The notes: a model not told the origin generated them from the sequence alone. A stretch of DNA of 64,000 nt from Gemmatimonadota bacterium (GCA_039586365.1 JBDHKN010000006.1:7162-71161); one strand, 5' to 3'; positions 39,325 through 49,828 are shown, counted from the stretch's first letter. Numbers and translations are program-made.

Positions 39325-39642
39325 ATGGAACAGAAGGAATTCGGTGGTAGGCTGCTAGAAATCGACGAGGACGGATTCATCCAGGATCCCGATGCTTGGG
39401 ATCAGGCCGTTGCCGCCGATCTTGCGAAGACCGAAGGCGTTGACAACATGACGGACGATCACTGGAAGGTCGTCAACTATTTGAGGGAGTACTATCTCGA
39501 GTACAACATGGCTCCCATGATCCGCAAGCTTTGCAAGCAGACGGGCTTCAAGCTGAAGGAGATCTACGATCTGTTTCCCAGCGGCCCGGCGAAGGGTGCC
39601 TGTAAGGTGGCTGGACTTCCCAAGCCTACCGGCTGTGTGTGA
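39325..39642 (+). CDS. dsrC: DsrC (dissimilatory sulfite reductase-associated sulfur carrier)
   Basis: 105 aa. HWKVVNYLREYY and the C-terminal arm CKVAGLPKPTGCV, with both conserved cysteines. Confidence 0.95.
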   Translation: MEQKEFGGRLLEIDEDGFIQDPDAWDQAVAADLAKTEGVDNMTDDHWKVVNYLREYYLEYNMAPMIRKLCKQTGFKLKEIYDLFPSGPAKGACKVAGLPKPTGCV

Positions 39643-39651
39643 TCTGAGTGA

Positions 39652-39694
39652 CTCGCGGGCCGGACTAATGCCGCACGCGTTGTCCGGCCGCGAG
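39652..39694 (+). terminator. GC-rich hairpin immediately after dsrC (possible terminator or processing site)
   Basis: CTCGCGGGCCGGAC ... GTCCGGCCGCGAG, a ~13-bp stem with one bulge and a 16-nt loop, starting 10 nt after the stop. There is no T-run. A second hairpin CAGCCAG-N7-CTGGCTG lies at 39721-39741. Confidence 0.4.
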
Positions 39695-39775
39695 CCGCAA
39701 TAGGAGCAACTTGGATCGCTCAGCCAGCTGGCCGCTGGCTGACACTCACTGGCAACAAAGGAGGAGGGCAGGATC

Positions 39776-40309
39776 TTGTCTCTGGACGTACTGTTGCGCA
39801 ACAGTGAAGATGCCATCCTTTCGAGATGGTTAGACGACGCATTGGCTGTGTATCCCGGAGATTCAGCTGCAATATTCAAGCGCGAGAAGGATCCCTTCGC
39901 CAACCCCATTGGACGCAGCCTCCGGGAAGGAACGCGAGGAATTCTCCGTGCCCTAGTGAACGGAAAGAATGCCGAAGTGGTGCGCCAACATGTGTCCGAG
40001 ATCATGAGGATCGGGGCGGTGCAACAGCATTCGCCCTCCCGGGCAATCGGTTTCCTGTTTTCTCTCAAGGGTGCGATCCGAGCTGAACTGCATGGAGCAG
40101 TCACGCAAGCCGAATATTCGTCCGCGTTGGCGGAACTAGACAACCAGATCGATCAGATTGGTCTGATGGCCTTCGACATCTACGTCCAGTACAGAGAGCA
40201 AGTGTGCGAGCTACGCATCAACGAAGTCAAGCGGCAGGTCTCTCGGATTGTGGACAAGATGAACAGGCGTGTTCCTGATCAGGAATTGGTCCAGATCGAT
40301 CACCCATGA
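39776..40309 (+). CDS. dsrT: DsrT-like protein (RsbRD N-terminal-type domain)
   Basis: 177 aa, TTG start after GGAGGAGGG. LSRWLDDALAVYP...DPFANPIG pattern, positioned directly upstream of dsrMKJOP as described for dsrT. Confidence 0.62.
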   Translation: MSLDVLLRNSEDAILSRWLDDALAVYPGDSAAIFKREKDPFANPIGRSLREGTRGILRALVNGKNAEVVRQHVSEIMRIGAVQQHSPSRAIGFLFSLKGAIRAELHGAVTQAEYSSALAELDNQIDQIGLMAFDIYVQYREQVCELRINEVKRQVSRIVDKMNRRVPDQELVQIDHP

Positions 40310-40349
40310 GAGTGTCGGTGGGAGTGAACGTGAGAAGGAAGGGTTTCTG

Positions 40350-41339
40350 ATGAACATCCTGGTGCCCCTCTTAGGTGTGGGTGGGCTCTTCCTGCTGGGC
40401 TTACTCGGTGCAGCAGCCGGAATGCAGTGGCTTTTCGGTATTCTGTTACCCTACGTTGCCCTGGCTCTCTTTCTCGGCGGTCTGATATACCGGGTCATTA
40501 GTTGGGCGAACATCCCCGTTCCTTTCCGGATCCCGACAACATGTGGGCAGCAGAAGTCACTGCCTTGGATTAGGCAGCAAAAGCTGGACAATCCCAGCAC
40601 CACGCTTGGTGTCGTAGGGAGAATGGCGCTGGAGGTACTCTTCTTCCGCTCGTTGCTGAGGAACACCAAGACCGCATTGGTCGATGGCGACAAGCTTGCC
40701 TATGGAACTGATCTATCGCTTTGGCTCGGAGCCATGGCGATGCACTGGTCGCTGTTGATAGTCCTGATCAGACACCTGCGGTTTTTCACCAATCCGGTCC
40801 CCTCCCTTGTGACATTTATTGAACAGACTGACGGGTTCATGGAGGTGGGTCTGCCGGTCATCTTCGCGACCACAATCGTATTCGCTGTGGCATTGGCATA
40901 TCTGCTATACAGGAGGGTCGCCAATCCCCAGGTGAGATACATCTCACTGGCCGGCGACTACTTCGCGCTGTTTCTGCTGTTGGGAATCGGTATGAGCGGA
41001 TTCTGGCTCAGGCACCTGGCCAAGACAGACGTAACAGCAGTCAAAGAACTCGTCCTGGGATTGACGTATTTCGCGCCCAGCGTCCCAGACGGAATAAGCC
41101 CACTGTTCTTTGGGCACCTCTTTCTGGTGTCTGTGCTGCTGAGCTACTTCCCGGTCAGTAAGCTGCTGCACATGCCCGGTGTGTTTCTGAGCCCGACTCG
41201 GAACATGGCAAACAACAATCGAGCGGTTAGGCACGTGAACCCGTGGGATTACCCCGTCAAAGTGCACAGCTACGAAGAGTATGAGGATGAACTCAGGGAC
41301 AAGATGAAAGCGGCCGGCATCCCGGTCGAGAGGCAATAG
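40350..41339 (+). CDS. dsrM: DsrM (NarI-like diheme-b membrane subunit)
   Basis: ATG 40350 (MNILVPLLGVGG...). Five or more TM helices, a NarI/HdrE-type pattern including LLHMPGVFLSPTRN, followed by dsrK. Confidence 0.9.
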   Translation: MNILVPLLGVGGLFLLGLLGAAAGMQWLFGILLPYVALALFLGGLIYRVISWANIPVPFRIPTTCGQQKSLPWIRQQKLDNPSTTLGVVGRMALEVLFFRSLLRNTKTALVDGDKLAYGTDLSLWLGAMAMHWSLLIVLIRHLRFFTNPVPSLVTFIEQTDGFMEVGLPVIFATTIVFAVALAYLLYRRVANPQVRYISLAGDYFALFLLLGIGMSGFWLRHLAKTDVTAVKELVLGLTYFAPSVPDGISPLFFGHLFLVSVLLSYFPVSKLLHMPGVFLSPTRNMANNNRAVRHVNPWDYPVKVHSYEEYEDELRDKMKAAGIPVERQ

Positions 41340-41343
41340 ATCG

Positions 41344-42987
41344 ATGTCAAAGCCGGACGAATCAGACTATTACAGGCAGGAAGACCTGCTGAAGCTGGAC
41401 TGGCGCCCCCCCAATACGGCGTGGATGGACACTCCTGTGGACATCAGGCCGGGTTCGTTCATATATCCCGGCAAAGCCAAGAATCTCAAGGTTCTGGACT
41501 TGCCGAATCCGAGGGACTGGGCGGTAACGGACGACGACTGGAAGCTTCCTGAGGGCTGGAAGCGGACTGTCTTGGAGGGGATGGCGGAGCGGCTGAAGCG
41601 ATATCGCACGTTCAGGATCTTCATGGACACCTGTGTACGTTGCGGGGCCTGCGCAGATAAGTGCCACTTCTTCATCGGTAGTGGTGACCCAAAGAACATG
41701 CCGGTACTCCGGGCCGAACTGCTGCGGTCCATCTACCGCAAGGATTTCACGGCGCTGGGTAGGGTCTTCGGCAGGCTGGCTGGCGGCCGCGAACTCACCG
41801 AAGACGTGATCAAGGAGTGGTTTTACTACTTCTTCCAGTGTACTGAGTGTAGGCGTTGCTCGGTCTTCTGTCCTTACGGCATCGACACGGCCGAGATCAC
41901 TATGATCGGGAGGGAGCTGCTGGGCCTCCTCGGGGTTTACGTAAACTGGGTGATCGAGCCGGTCGCAAACTGCTACAAGGTGGGAAACCACTTGGGAATA
42001 CAGCCACACGGCCTGGCGGACACCTTGGAGTTCATGGCGGGTGACATCGAAGAAGCGACTGGCATCAAAGTCGACATCCCGATCAACAAGAAGGGCGCTG
42101 AGATCCTTTTCGTCACCCCGTCGGGCGATTTCGTGGCCGATCCTGGAATCTACACGTGTATGTCCTATATGCTGCTGTTCCATGAACTGGGGATCGACTA
42201 CACCTGGAGTACGTACGCTTCTGATGGGGGCAATTTCGGGCTGTTCACATCACATGAGATGATGAAACGCCTCAACGCCAAGATCTACGCCGAGGCCAAG
42301 CGTTTGGGAGTAAAGTGGATCTTGGGAGGCGAGTGCGGCCACATGTGGAGGGTAATCCATCAGTACATGGATACCATGAATGGTCCGGCTGACTTCCTGG
42401 AGGTGCCTCAGTCTCCCATAACAGGAACCGTGTTCGAGAACGCTCGATCCACAAAGATGACGCACCTGATGGAGTTCACTGCTGACCTAATCCGGCATGG
42501 AAAGCTGAAGCTCGATCCCTCACGCAATGACCACATCAGGGTCACCTTCCACGACTCGTGTAACCCGGCCCGAGCCATGGGCATCTTTGAAGAACCACGC
42601 TACGTCTTGCGAAATGTGTGCAACAACTTCTTCGAGATGCCCGAGAACACCATACGGGAGCAAACGTTTTGCTGTGGAGGTGGTGCCGGGCTGGGAACGG
42701 ACGAGAACATGGAGATGCGGTTGCGCGGTGGCCTTCCGAGGGGTAACGCGGTGAGGTACGTGCAAGAGAAGCACGGGGTGAATCAGCTTGCCGCGATGTG
42801 TGCTATCGACCGGGCAACCCTGGTGACCGTGTGTGACTACTGGGCACCTGGAGTCAAGGTGACCGGTATCAGCGAGCTGGTTGCAAATGCCATGATCTTC
42901 CGGGGTGAGAACAAGCGGACGCACAACCTACGTTTGGAACCGATCCCTGGGATGGGAGCTGAGGAGGGGGAACCCAGCGATGACTGA
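41344..42987 (+). CDS. dsrK: DsrK (HdrD-like catalytic Fe-S subunit)
   Basis: 547 aa. CVRCGACADKCHFF, CTECRRCSVFCPYG, and CCG-domain motifs (HDSCN, FCCGGGAG). Confidence 0.93.
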   Translation: MSKPDESDYYRQEDLLKLDWRPPNTAWMDTPVDIRPGSFIYPGKAKNLKVLDLPNPRDWAVTDDDWKLPEGWKRTVLEGMAERLKRYRTFRIFMDTCVRCGACADKCHFFIGSGDPKNMPVLRAELLRSIYRKDFTALGRVFGRLAGGRELTEDVIKEWFYYFFQCTECRRCSVFCPYGIDTAEITMIGRELLGLLGVYVNWVIEPVANCYKVGNHLGIQPHGLADTLEFMAGDIEEATGIKVDIPINKKGAEILFVTPSGDFVADPGIYTCMSYMLLFHELGIDYTWSTYASDGGNFGLFTSHEMMKRLNAKIYAEAKRLGVKWILGGECGHMWRVIHQYMDTMNGPADFLEVPQSPITGTVFENARSTKMTHLMEFTADLIRHGKLKLDPSRNDHIRVTFHDSCNPARAMGIFEEPRYVLRNVCNNFFEMPENTIREQTFCCGGGAGLGTDENMEMRLRGGLPRGNAVRYVQEKHGVNQLAAMCAIDRATLVTVCDYWAPGVKVTGISELVANAMIFRGENKRTHNLRLEPIPGMGAEEGEPSDD

Positions 42988-43360
42988 CAAGGCAAAGGCA
43001 ATTGCCGGTCTGGCTGTCTTCGTCGTTCTGGTGACATATCCCTTCTGGTCCGGGCTGGGATCTGATGCAGAAGCTGGCGCACCCGAGCTGGAGCTGCCCG
43101 AGGACGAAGCCAATTGTGTGGAAGAGACGCAGTTTATGACGGCGAACCACATGGACTTGTTGAACCAATGGCGGAACGCGGTAGTGCGCGACGGCGAAAG
43201 GGAGTACATGTCGACCTCAGGTGAACGGCACGTGATGAGCCTGACCGGTACGTGTATGGGATGTCACAGCAACAGGGACGCGTTTTGCACGCGGTGTCAT
43301 GACTACTCGGACGTGTCACCGGCCTGCTGGGATTGTCATGTCGAGCCGGAAGGGAGCTGA
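42980..43360 (+). CDS. dsrJ: DsrJ (periplasmic triheme cytochrome c)
   Basis: ATG 42980 overlaps the dsrK end. N-terminal anchor helix, the conserved NCVEETQFM..H segment, and three CxxCH motifs (CMGCH, CTRCH, CWDCH). Confidence 0.9.
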   Translation: MTDKAKAIAGLAVFVVLVTYPFWSGLGSDAEAGAPELELPEDEANCVEETQFMTANHMDLLNQWRNAVVRDGEREYMSTSGERHVMSLTGTCMGCHSNRDAFCTRCHDYSDVSPACWDCHVEPEGS

Positions 43361-43363
43361 ACG

Positions 43364-44167
43364 ATGGGGGTGAGCCGACGCGATTTTCTCAAGGAGGCCG
43401 GATCCGCTGCATTGGGCGTGGGCTGTGGCTTGCCGTTCCTGGGCACTGGGTGCAGGGCCGGGAGTGAAGAGCCACATGAAGCTGAATCGTCTGCAAGCCA
43501 ATGGGCGATGGTGGTTGATATCGAGAAGTGCCGCAGCGAGGAAGTGCGGCGAGTCTGTACGGAAGCCTGCAATATCGCGCACAATGTTCCTGCGATCCCT
43601 GATCCGGCAGAAGAGATCAAATGGATCTGGGCAGAGCATTATGAGAACGTTTTTCCCGATCAAGTCCACAACCGCACGGCCGCCTTCATAAGACAGACAC
43701 CGGTGCTCGTGCTCTGCAACCATTGTGACAACCCACCCTGCGTAAGGGTATGTCCCACCCAGGCTACTTGGAAGCGGGAGGCGGATGGAATCGTAATGAT
43801 GGACATGCACCGGTGCATAGGCTGTCGCTATTGCATGGCGGCATGTCCCTACGGATCCAGGAGCTTCAACTGGGGTGACCCGCGTGAGTACATCCCGACG
43901 GACGAGAACGGCCAGTTTCTGTCGGATTACCCGACACGGTCGAAGGGTGTGGTGGAAAAGTGCAACTTCTGCGCAGAGAGATTGCGGGAGGGACTTCGGC
44001 CGGCCTGTGTGGAAGCGGTGAACCAGATACCGGGTGGGGAGGGGGCACTGACGTTCGGGGATCTGAGTGATCCGGAGTCAGAGGTCAGTCGTATGTTGAG
44101 TGAGACTAATACGATCAGCAGAAGAGTAAACCTAGGAACCGGCCCAAATGTGTACTATAAGATCTAA
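43364..44167 (+). CDS. dsrO: DsrO (periplasmic ferredoxin-like, Tat-exported)
   Basis: Twin-arginine signal MGVSRRDFLKEAG. Poly-ferredoxin motifs CNHCDNPPCVRVCP, CIGCRYCMAACP and CNFCAERL. Confidence 0.9.
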   Translation: MGVSRRDFLKEAGSAALGVGCGLPFLGTGCRAGSEEPHEAESSASQWAMVVDIEKCRSEEVRRVCTEACNIAHNVPAIPDPAEEIKWIWAEHYENVFPDQVHNRTAAFIRQTPVLVLCNHCDNPPCVRVCPTQATWKREADGIVMMDMHRCIGCRYCMAACPYGSRSFNWGDPREYIPTDENGQFLSDYPTRSKGVVEKCNFCAERLREGLRPACVEAVNQIPGGEGALTFGDLSDPESEVSRMLSETNTISRRVNLGTGPNVYYKI

Positions 44168-44209
44168 CTTGCTACGCGCGACAATCGGGAGAACCAAGAG
44201 GTAGCCGCT

Positions 44210-45370
44210 ATGCTGGAAACCGCATTCCGCGGGGGTAGGAAGTATTGGATTCTCCTAGGGGTCTGGGGATTGTTGATCCTTGTTGGCTTGGGAGCCTATG
44301 GCAGGCAGTTGGTGGAAGGTCTGCGTATCACCGGTATGAGCCAAGACGTGACTTGGGGATTGTACATCGCGCAATTCACTTTCCTCGTCGGTGTGGCAGC
44401 TTCTGCAGTAATGGTGGTTTTGCCGTACTACCTGCACAACTACAAGGCGTTCGGCAAGATGGTGATTCTGGGCGAGTTTCTCGCCATTTCGGCGGTGCTC
44501 ATGTGCATGTTGTTCGTCTTCGTCGACATGGGTCAGCCCAGGAGGGTGCTCAACGTACTGCTCCACCCTACCCTCAACTCCGTGATGTTCTGGGATTTCC
44601 TGGTCCTTGGAGGCTACGGCATCATAAACTTCGTTGTCGGGGCCGTGACATTTGACGCCGAGCGGAAGGGAACCCCTGCGCCCAGGTGGATCAAGCCGCT
44701 AATCTACCTTTCGATCCCTTGGGCGGTCAGCATCCATACGGTCACGGCCTTTCTCTATTCAGGGCTTGAAGCCAGGTCATTCTGGATGACCGCTATATTG
44801 GCTCCCCGTTTCTTGGCTTCGGCATTTGCGTCGGGCCCCAGCCTGTTGATCGTGCTGGCTCTGATTCTGCGGAGGTTCACCAAGTTCGACCCCGGCAAGG
44901 AAGCTATTCAGAAGCTGGCTCTGATAGTCACCTATGCGATGGTGATTAACGTCTTCTTCGTAGGCGTCGAGCTGTTTTCCGGCCTATACAGTGACATGCC
45001 GCACCATGTGCATGCGTTCGAGTATCTGTTCGTTGGCCTGCACGGGCATGCCGCTCTCACTCCTTGGGTGTGGGTTGGCGAGGTCTTCACGGTGTGTTGT
45101 GTTGTGGGTCTGTTGATCCCCAAGGTACGTAGGCAGGAGAAGTACTTGGCAGTGCTTGCCGTTGGGGTGATCACCGCCATTTGGATCGAGAAGGGTGTCG
45201 CAATGGTGGTGACTGGCTTCATTCCGTCGCCACTGGGCAGGATAACGGAGTATGCGCCAACAGCGCCGGAGATCGCAATCACGATCGGTGTCTACGCGTT
45301 GGGGTTCTTCGTGCTTACAGTGCTTTACAAGATGGTTGTGAGTGTTAGAGAACAGTTGGATCTAGCTTGA
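44210..45370 (+). CDS. dsrP: DsrP (NrfD/PsrC-like integral membrane subunit)
   Basis: 386 aa, ~10 TM helices, with an NrfD-like N-terminal pattern ([15 protein letters not shown]). Follows dsrO. Confidence 0.9.
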   Translation: MLETAFRGGRKYWILLGVWGLLILVGLGAYGRQLVEGLRITGMSQDVTWGLYIAQFTFLVGVAASAVMVVLPYYLHNYKAFGKMVILGEFLAISAVLMCMLFVFVDMGQPRRVLNVLLHPTLNSVMFWDFLVLGGYGIINFVVGAVTFDAERKGTPAPRWIKPLIYLSIPWAVSIHTVTAFLYSGLEARSFWMTAILAPRFLASAFASGPSLLIVLALILRRFTKFDPGKEAIQKLALIVTYAMVINVFFVGVELFSGLYSDMPHHVHAFEYLFVGLHGHAALTPWVWVGEVFTVCCVVGLLIPKVRRQEKYLAVLAVGVITAIWIEKGVAMVVTGFIPSPLGRITEYAPTAPEIAITIGVYALGFFVLTVLYKMVVSVREQLDLA

Positions 45371-45419
45371 AAGAAGGAGCGGTAACAACGCCATCATTCC
45401 AAGACCAAAGGAGATGACG

Positions 45420-46640
45420 ATGGCAGACTTAGGTAGCAACGGTACGCCGTTACTGGACGAACTGGAGAAAGGGCCGTGGCCCAGTTTTGTCACGGAAATC
45501 AAGCAGACTGCCGGGTTTAGCAAACCAGCCGAGCAGTTGTTGGCGTTGCTGGAACGGTCCTACAGAGAGAGAATTGGTCACTGGAAGCACGGCGGTATTG
45601 TGGGTGTGATGGGATACGGTGGAGGCGTGATCGGCCGCTACAACGATCTACCTGAGGAATATCCGGAGATCGCCCATTTCCACACTCTGCGGGTCAACAT
45701 GCCTACCGGTTGGTTCTACACGTCCGAGGCGTTGAGAACGATCTGTGACATTTGGGAGAGACACGGCTCCGGATTGACAAACATGCATGGGTCCACGGGT
45801 GACATCATCTTGTTGGGCACCACGACGGACGAGCTCGAGCCGACTTTTGCCGAGTTGACTGCCAACAGTTTCGACCTGGGTGGATCCGGTTCCGATATGC
45901 GCACGCCTAGCGCGTGTGTGGGTCCTGCCCGGTGCGAATGGGCTTGCTACGACACGCTACACCTGTGCAATGACCTTACACAACATTTCCAAGACGAGCT
46001 GCACCGCCCAGCATTTCCCTACAAGTTCAAGTTCAAGTGTGCGGGCTGTCCGAACGACTGTGTGGCGTCAGTAGCCAGAGCAGATATGTCGATTATCGGC
46101 ACCTGGCGGGACGAGATCCAGATCGATCAGGCAGAGGTGAAAGCTGCGGCCAAGACGGGACTCGACATCCAGAAGGATGTCTGCTTCCTTTGCCCCACCA
46201 AATGCATCGAGTGGGATGGCAAGAAGCTGGAGATCGACGACGAGAACTGCGTGAAGTGCATGCACTGTATCAACGTTATGCCCAAGGCGTTGCGCCCCGG
46301 CAAAGATCGTGGGGCGACGATTCTGCTCGGTGCCAAAGCACCGATTGTCGAAGGTGCATTGTTATCCTCGGTGTTGGTCCCGTTCATGAAACTCGAACCA
46401 CCGTATGATGAGCTCAAGGACCTCGTGGAGAGGATTTGGGATTTCTGGGGCGAGCACGGCAAGAACCGAGAGCGTGTGGGAGAGCTGATGCAGCGTGTGG
46501 GGCTGGGGAACTTCTTGGAGGCGATCGAGGTGGAGCCGATTCCGGAAATGATCGCGTATCCGCGAGAGAACCCATACGTATTCTACGAAGAGTACTATGA
46601 AGAAGGCGAAGAAGGGGAAGAAGCGGAGGAGGACGAGTAA
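45420..46640 (+). CDS. dsrA: Dissimilatory sulfite reductase alpha subunit, reductive bacterial-type sequence features
   Basis: [89 protein letters not shown] 45420, 6 nt after AAGGAG, is preferred to 45414. Unusual poly-Glu tail. Confidence 0.97.
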   Translation: MADLGSNGTPLLDELEKGPWPSFVTEIKQTAGFSKPAEQLLALLERSYRERIGHWKHGGIVGVMGYGGGVIGRYNDLPEEYPEIAHFHTLRVNMPTGWFYTSEALRTICDIWERHGSGLTNMHGSTGDIILLGTTTDELEPTFAELTANSFDLGGSGSDMRTPSACVGPARCEWACYDTLHLCNDLTQHFQDELHRPAFPYKFKFKCAGCPNDCVASVARADMSIIGTWRDEIQIDQAEVKAAAKTGLDIQKDVCFLCPTKCIEWDGKKLEIDDENCVKCMHCINVMPKALRPGKDRGATILLGAKAPIVEGALLSSVLVPFMKLEPPYDELKDLVERIWDFWGEHGKNRERVGELMQRVGLGNFLEAIEVEPIPEMIAYPRENPYVFYEEYYEEGEEGEEAEEDE

Positions 46641-46702
46641 AGCAACCGGATCAGTGGATCCGACAGAGCATTAAAAAACAATCGTTCTTGGGAGATATAT
46701 CG

Positions 46703-47779
46703 ATGGCAACCGAGAGAATAACTGATATCGGGCCTCCGCATTACGAAAAATTCCTACCACCCGTGATAAAGCAAAACTACGGGAAGTGGAAATACCACGA
46801 GATCCTCAGGCCCGGCGTGATGGTTCACGTGGCCGAATCCGGCGACAAGCTCTTCACGGTGCGTGCGGCCTCACCACGGCTGCTCGGCATCAAGAAGATC
46901 CGCGAGTTCGCGGATCTGGCGGACAAGTATTGTGGTGGGCACCTCCGCTTCACTAGCCGCAACAACGTCGAATTCCTGCTTACGGACGATTCGAAGATCA
47001 ACGATCTCATCGCCGACCTGAAGAAATTGGGACATCCGGTGGGCGGCATAGGCAACGCGATCTCCAACATCGTTCACACGCAGGGATGGGTACACTGCCA
47101 CTCAGCTGCGACGGATGCATCCGGTGTTGTGAAAGCGGTGATGGACGATCTGTGTGGGTACTTCACTGGCGATATCGAACTGCCAGGCAAGCTGCGGGTC
47201 GCCCTTGCGTGCTGTCTCAATATGTGTGGTGCGGTGCACTGTTCGGACATCGCGATCCTAGGTATACACCGCAGGCCGCCAAGAATCCAAGCTGGTCTGA
47301 ATAAGGTATGCGAAATCCCCAACGTGGTGGCTTCCTGTCCCACGGCAGCAATCCGGCCGGCAACAGTTGACGGTGCTCCCACGGTAGAGATAGATGAAGA
47401 GAACTGCATGTTCTGCGCGAACTGTTTCTCGGTCTGCCCGGCACTACCAATGGCTGACGCGCTCAACGACGGTGTATCCATCTGGGTCGGGGGGAAAGTC
47501 TCGAACGCCCGCAAGGAACCAACCTTCTCCAAGCTGGCTATTCCGTTCTTGCCCAACAATCCGCCGCGGTGGCCGGAGGTGACTGAGGCTGTGCGGAACA
47601 TAGTGGAAGTATGGGTCAAGAACGCCCGCAAGTTCGAGCGGATGGGTGAGTTCATCGAGCGTATCGGCTGGCCCCGTTTCTTCAAGATGACGGGCATTGA
47701 GTTCGCTAAAGAGCATATTGACGATTACAAATACGCGGGCCTTTCGTACAAACGGTCTGCACAGCTCAGACACAACTAG
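46703..47779 (+). CDS. dsrB: Dissimilatory sulfite reductase beta subunit
   Basis: [73 protein letters not shown], and a ferredoxin insert [12 protein letters not shown]. Confidence 0.97.
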   Translation: MATERITDIGPPHYEKFLPPVIKQNYGKWKYHEILRPGVMVHVAESGDKLFTVRAASPRLLGIKKIREFADLADKYCGGHLRFTSRNNVEFLLTDDSKINDLIADLKKLGHPVGGIGNAISNIVHTQGWVHCHSAATDASGVVKAVMDDLCGYFTGDIELPGKLRVALACCLNMCGAVHCSDIAILGIHRRPPRIQAGLNKVCEIPNVVASCPTAAIRPATVDGAPTVEIDEENCMFCANCFSVCPALPMADALNDGVSIWVGGKVSNARKEPTFSKLAIPFLPNNPPRWPEVTEAVRNIVEVWVKNARKFERMGEFIERIGWPRFFKMTGIEFAKEHIDDYKYAGLSYKRSAQLRHN

Positions 47780-47789
47780 GAGGTGTACG

Positions 47790-48035
47790 GTGGCCGTCAC
47801 GCCCGAAGAAGTAGCGGACGCCATGTACGAGTTGGTCAAGGAGTATCAGGGCAAGAAGAAGCTCAAAGCCGGTGACTTGACCAAGGCGATGATCCAGAAG
47901 TATGGCGAAGGCGAAGTGGACAAGAAGCTGTGCAAGGCCGCCATCCGGACTCTGATGGATTCGGGAAGGTGTGTCTACACGTACTTCGGCGGCAGCTTCA
48001 TAGAACTCCCGCCCGAGGAAGGCGTTGAGAGGTAG
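47790..48035 (+). CDS. dsrD: DsrD-like small winged-helix protein
   Basis: GTG 47790, 6 nt after AGGAGG, gives 81 aa. Lys-rich centre (QGKKKLKAGDLTK) and a C-terminal ...AIRTLMDSGRCVYTYFGGSFIEL resembling the DsrD ...ILTALV...YWSSGSTTMY pattern. Located directly after dsrB. Confidence 0.7.
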   Translation: MAVTPEEVADAMYELVKEYQGKKKLKAGDLTKAMIQKYGEGEVDKKLCKAAIRTLMDSGRCVYTYFGGSFIELPPEEGVER

Positions 48036-48147
48036 GCTGTCTCCCGGGGGGAAAGTGATGTCAGATGCATGCACTCTCCGCTCCCAGCGGGCGGAAGAGG
48101 CGTGTGTCTGTGACGATAGATAATCACGTGTCACGCGAGGTGATCGT

Positions 48148-49824
48148 ATGGCTATGAAGAAGGTCAAGAAAAAGAAGAAGTCTTTCGGTTCGAGGGGCGG
48201 CGCCTCGCGTGACCAATCGCCACTGCGACCCAAACACGTGGAGAAGAAGCCCCCATGTAGGGATACATGTCCGAGCGGCAACGATATTCGCAAGTTTCTG
48301 ACGACGCTCGCTCATGCTGAGCGGCTAGGAAAGACGGCGGAGCAAGCACTCCAAGAAGCTTGGGAGGTCTACACGGACACTAGTCCGTTTCCGTCGGTGT
48401 GTGGCCGGGTATGTCCGGCTCCATGTGAAACCGGATGCAACCGGAAGGACCTCGATGGTGCGGTGAGTATCAATAAGGTCGAACGGGCCATCGGCGACTT
48501 CGGTCTGGCGAGGGGTCTCAAGCTGAAGGCCCTCTCTGATGAGAAGAAACCGCAGAAGATAGCCGTCGTAGGCGCGGGTCCCAGTGGCCTTTCCTGTGCC
48601 TACCAGCTGGCTCGGCGCGGATATGGCGTAACCGTCTTCGAGTCCACGGAGAAGACTGGCGGCATGTTGCGGTGGGGCATCCCCGGGTATCGGCTACCCG
48701 AATCGGTACTCGACGGAGAGATCCAGAAGATCCTCGACCTGGGAGTGGAACTCAAGTGCGGCGTGAAGGTGGGCAAGGACATCACCGTTGATGAGCTGAA
48801 GCAGTCATACGATGCCGTATACGTCGCGCTCGGCGCCCAGCAGGGAGTCACTCTGGGCGTTGAAGGTGAGGATGCTCCCAACGTGTTCTCCGGAGTGGAT
48901 TTCCTCAGCCGTTTCCACCACGGTGAAAAGCTGGACCTGGGCAAGGATGTGGTGGTAATCATCGTCGGTGGAGGTGACACCGCCATCGACGCGGCGCGGA
49001 TCTGCAAACGGCTGGGCGCCAATGTAACGATCCTATACCGCCGAACCCGCAAGGAGATGCCGGCGATCGATGAGGAAGTCGATGAGGCGATCAAAGAAGG
49101 CATCACAATCGAGTTTCTGGCCGCACCAATAGGTTTCCGCAAAGAGGGCGACCTCGTCGTAGCGATGCGAGCTATCCGCATGGAGTTGGGTGAGCCGGAC
49201 TCGTCAGGTCGTCGTCGACCGGTTCCCATCGAGGGTTCGGAGTTCGAGATACCCGCCAGCGCAGTCATCTCTGCGGTGAGTCAGGCACCCGATTTCGGCG
49301 GCTTCGAGGATCTCATCGAAGGCAAGGATTGGATCAAGGTCGACAACCAGGGGGCAACCAAGGTGGCAGGAATATGGGCTGGTGGCGACGTGACAGCCCT
49401 GGATCTAGTCACGACTGCCGTAGGTCACGGTCGGCGCGCAGCCGAGGCGATCGAACGCAAATTCCTGGGCAGGCAATTCGAAGAAGACAGGATGACGGTG
49501 ATCAGAAGTGATCGTATGCTGTTGGATCACTACGACAAGATAGACCGTCAAGAACCTGCAGCCCTGGATGTTGGCGAGCGTTTGACCTCGATCGAAACGG
49601 AAGTCAACTTGGGTCTAACCGATGACCAAGTGCTGACTGAAGCGCGGCGCTGCATGAGCTGCGGATACTGCATCGATTGCGAGAAGTGCTGGATGTACTG
49701 TCAGGACCAGGCGATTGACAAGCCGCTGCAGAAGGGATTGCTGTATCCGTTCAAGATGCAGAACTGCACAGGCTGCAGTAAGTGTGCGGAAATATGCCCT
49801 TGTGGCTTCATAGAGATGCACTGA
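48148..49824 (+). CDS. dsrL: DsrL-type NAD(P)H:acceptor oxidoreductase (GltD-like flavoprotein with a C-terminal 2x[4Fe-4S] ferredoxin domain)
   Basis: 558 aa. GRVCPAPCETGCNR, IAVVGAGPSGLSCAYQLARRGYGVTVFE, IVGGGDTAIDAAR, and a C-terminal CMSCGYCIDCEKCWMYCQ...CTGCSKCAEICPCG. N-terminus MAMKKVKKKKKS. Confidence 0.85.
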   Translation: MAMKKVKKKKKSFGSRGGASRDQSPLRPKHVEKKPPCRDTCPSGNDIRKFLTTLAHAERLGKTAEQALQEAWEVYTDTSPFPSVCGRVCPAPCETGCNRKDLDGAVSINKVERAIGDFGLARGLKLKALSDEKKPQKIAVVGAGPSGLSCAYQLARRGYGVTVFESTEKTGGMLRWGIPGYRLPESVLDGEIQKILDLGVELKCGVKVGKDITVDELKQSYDAVYVALGAQQGVTLGVEGEDAPNVFSGVDFLSRFHHGEKLDLGKDVVVIIVGGGDTAIDAARICKRLGANVTILYRRTRKEMPAIDEEVDEAIKEGITIEFLAAPIGFRKEGDLVVAMRAIRMELGEPDSSGRRRPVPIEGSEFEIPASAVISAVSQAPDFGGFEDLIEGKDWIKVDNQGATKVAGIWAGGDVTALDLVTTAVGHGRRAAEAIERKFLGRQFEEDRMTVIRSDRMLLDHYDKIDRQEPAALDVGERLTSIETEVNLGLTDDQVLTEARRCMSCGYCIDCEKCWMYCQDQAIDKPLQKGLLYPFKMQNCTGCSKCAEICPCGFIEMH

Positions 49825-49828
49825 CCTT

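Noticed and set aside
48110-48127. Rex-like site GTGACGATAGATAATCAC upstream of dsrL
   Set aside because: The half-sites match, but the spacer is 10 nt rather than the 8 nt seen in all seven boxes at 28.1-29.2 kb. It is kept only as a note under the dsrD/dsrL finding.
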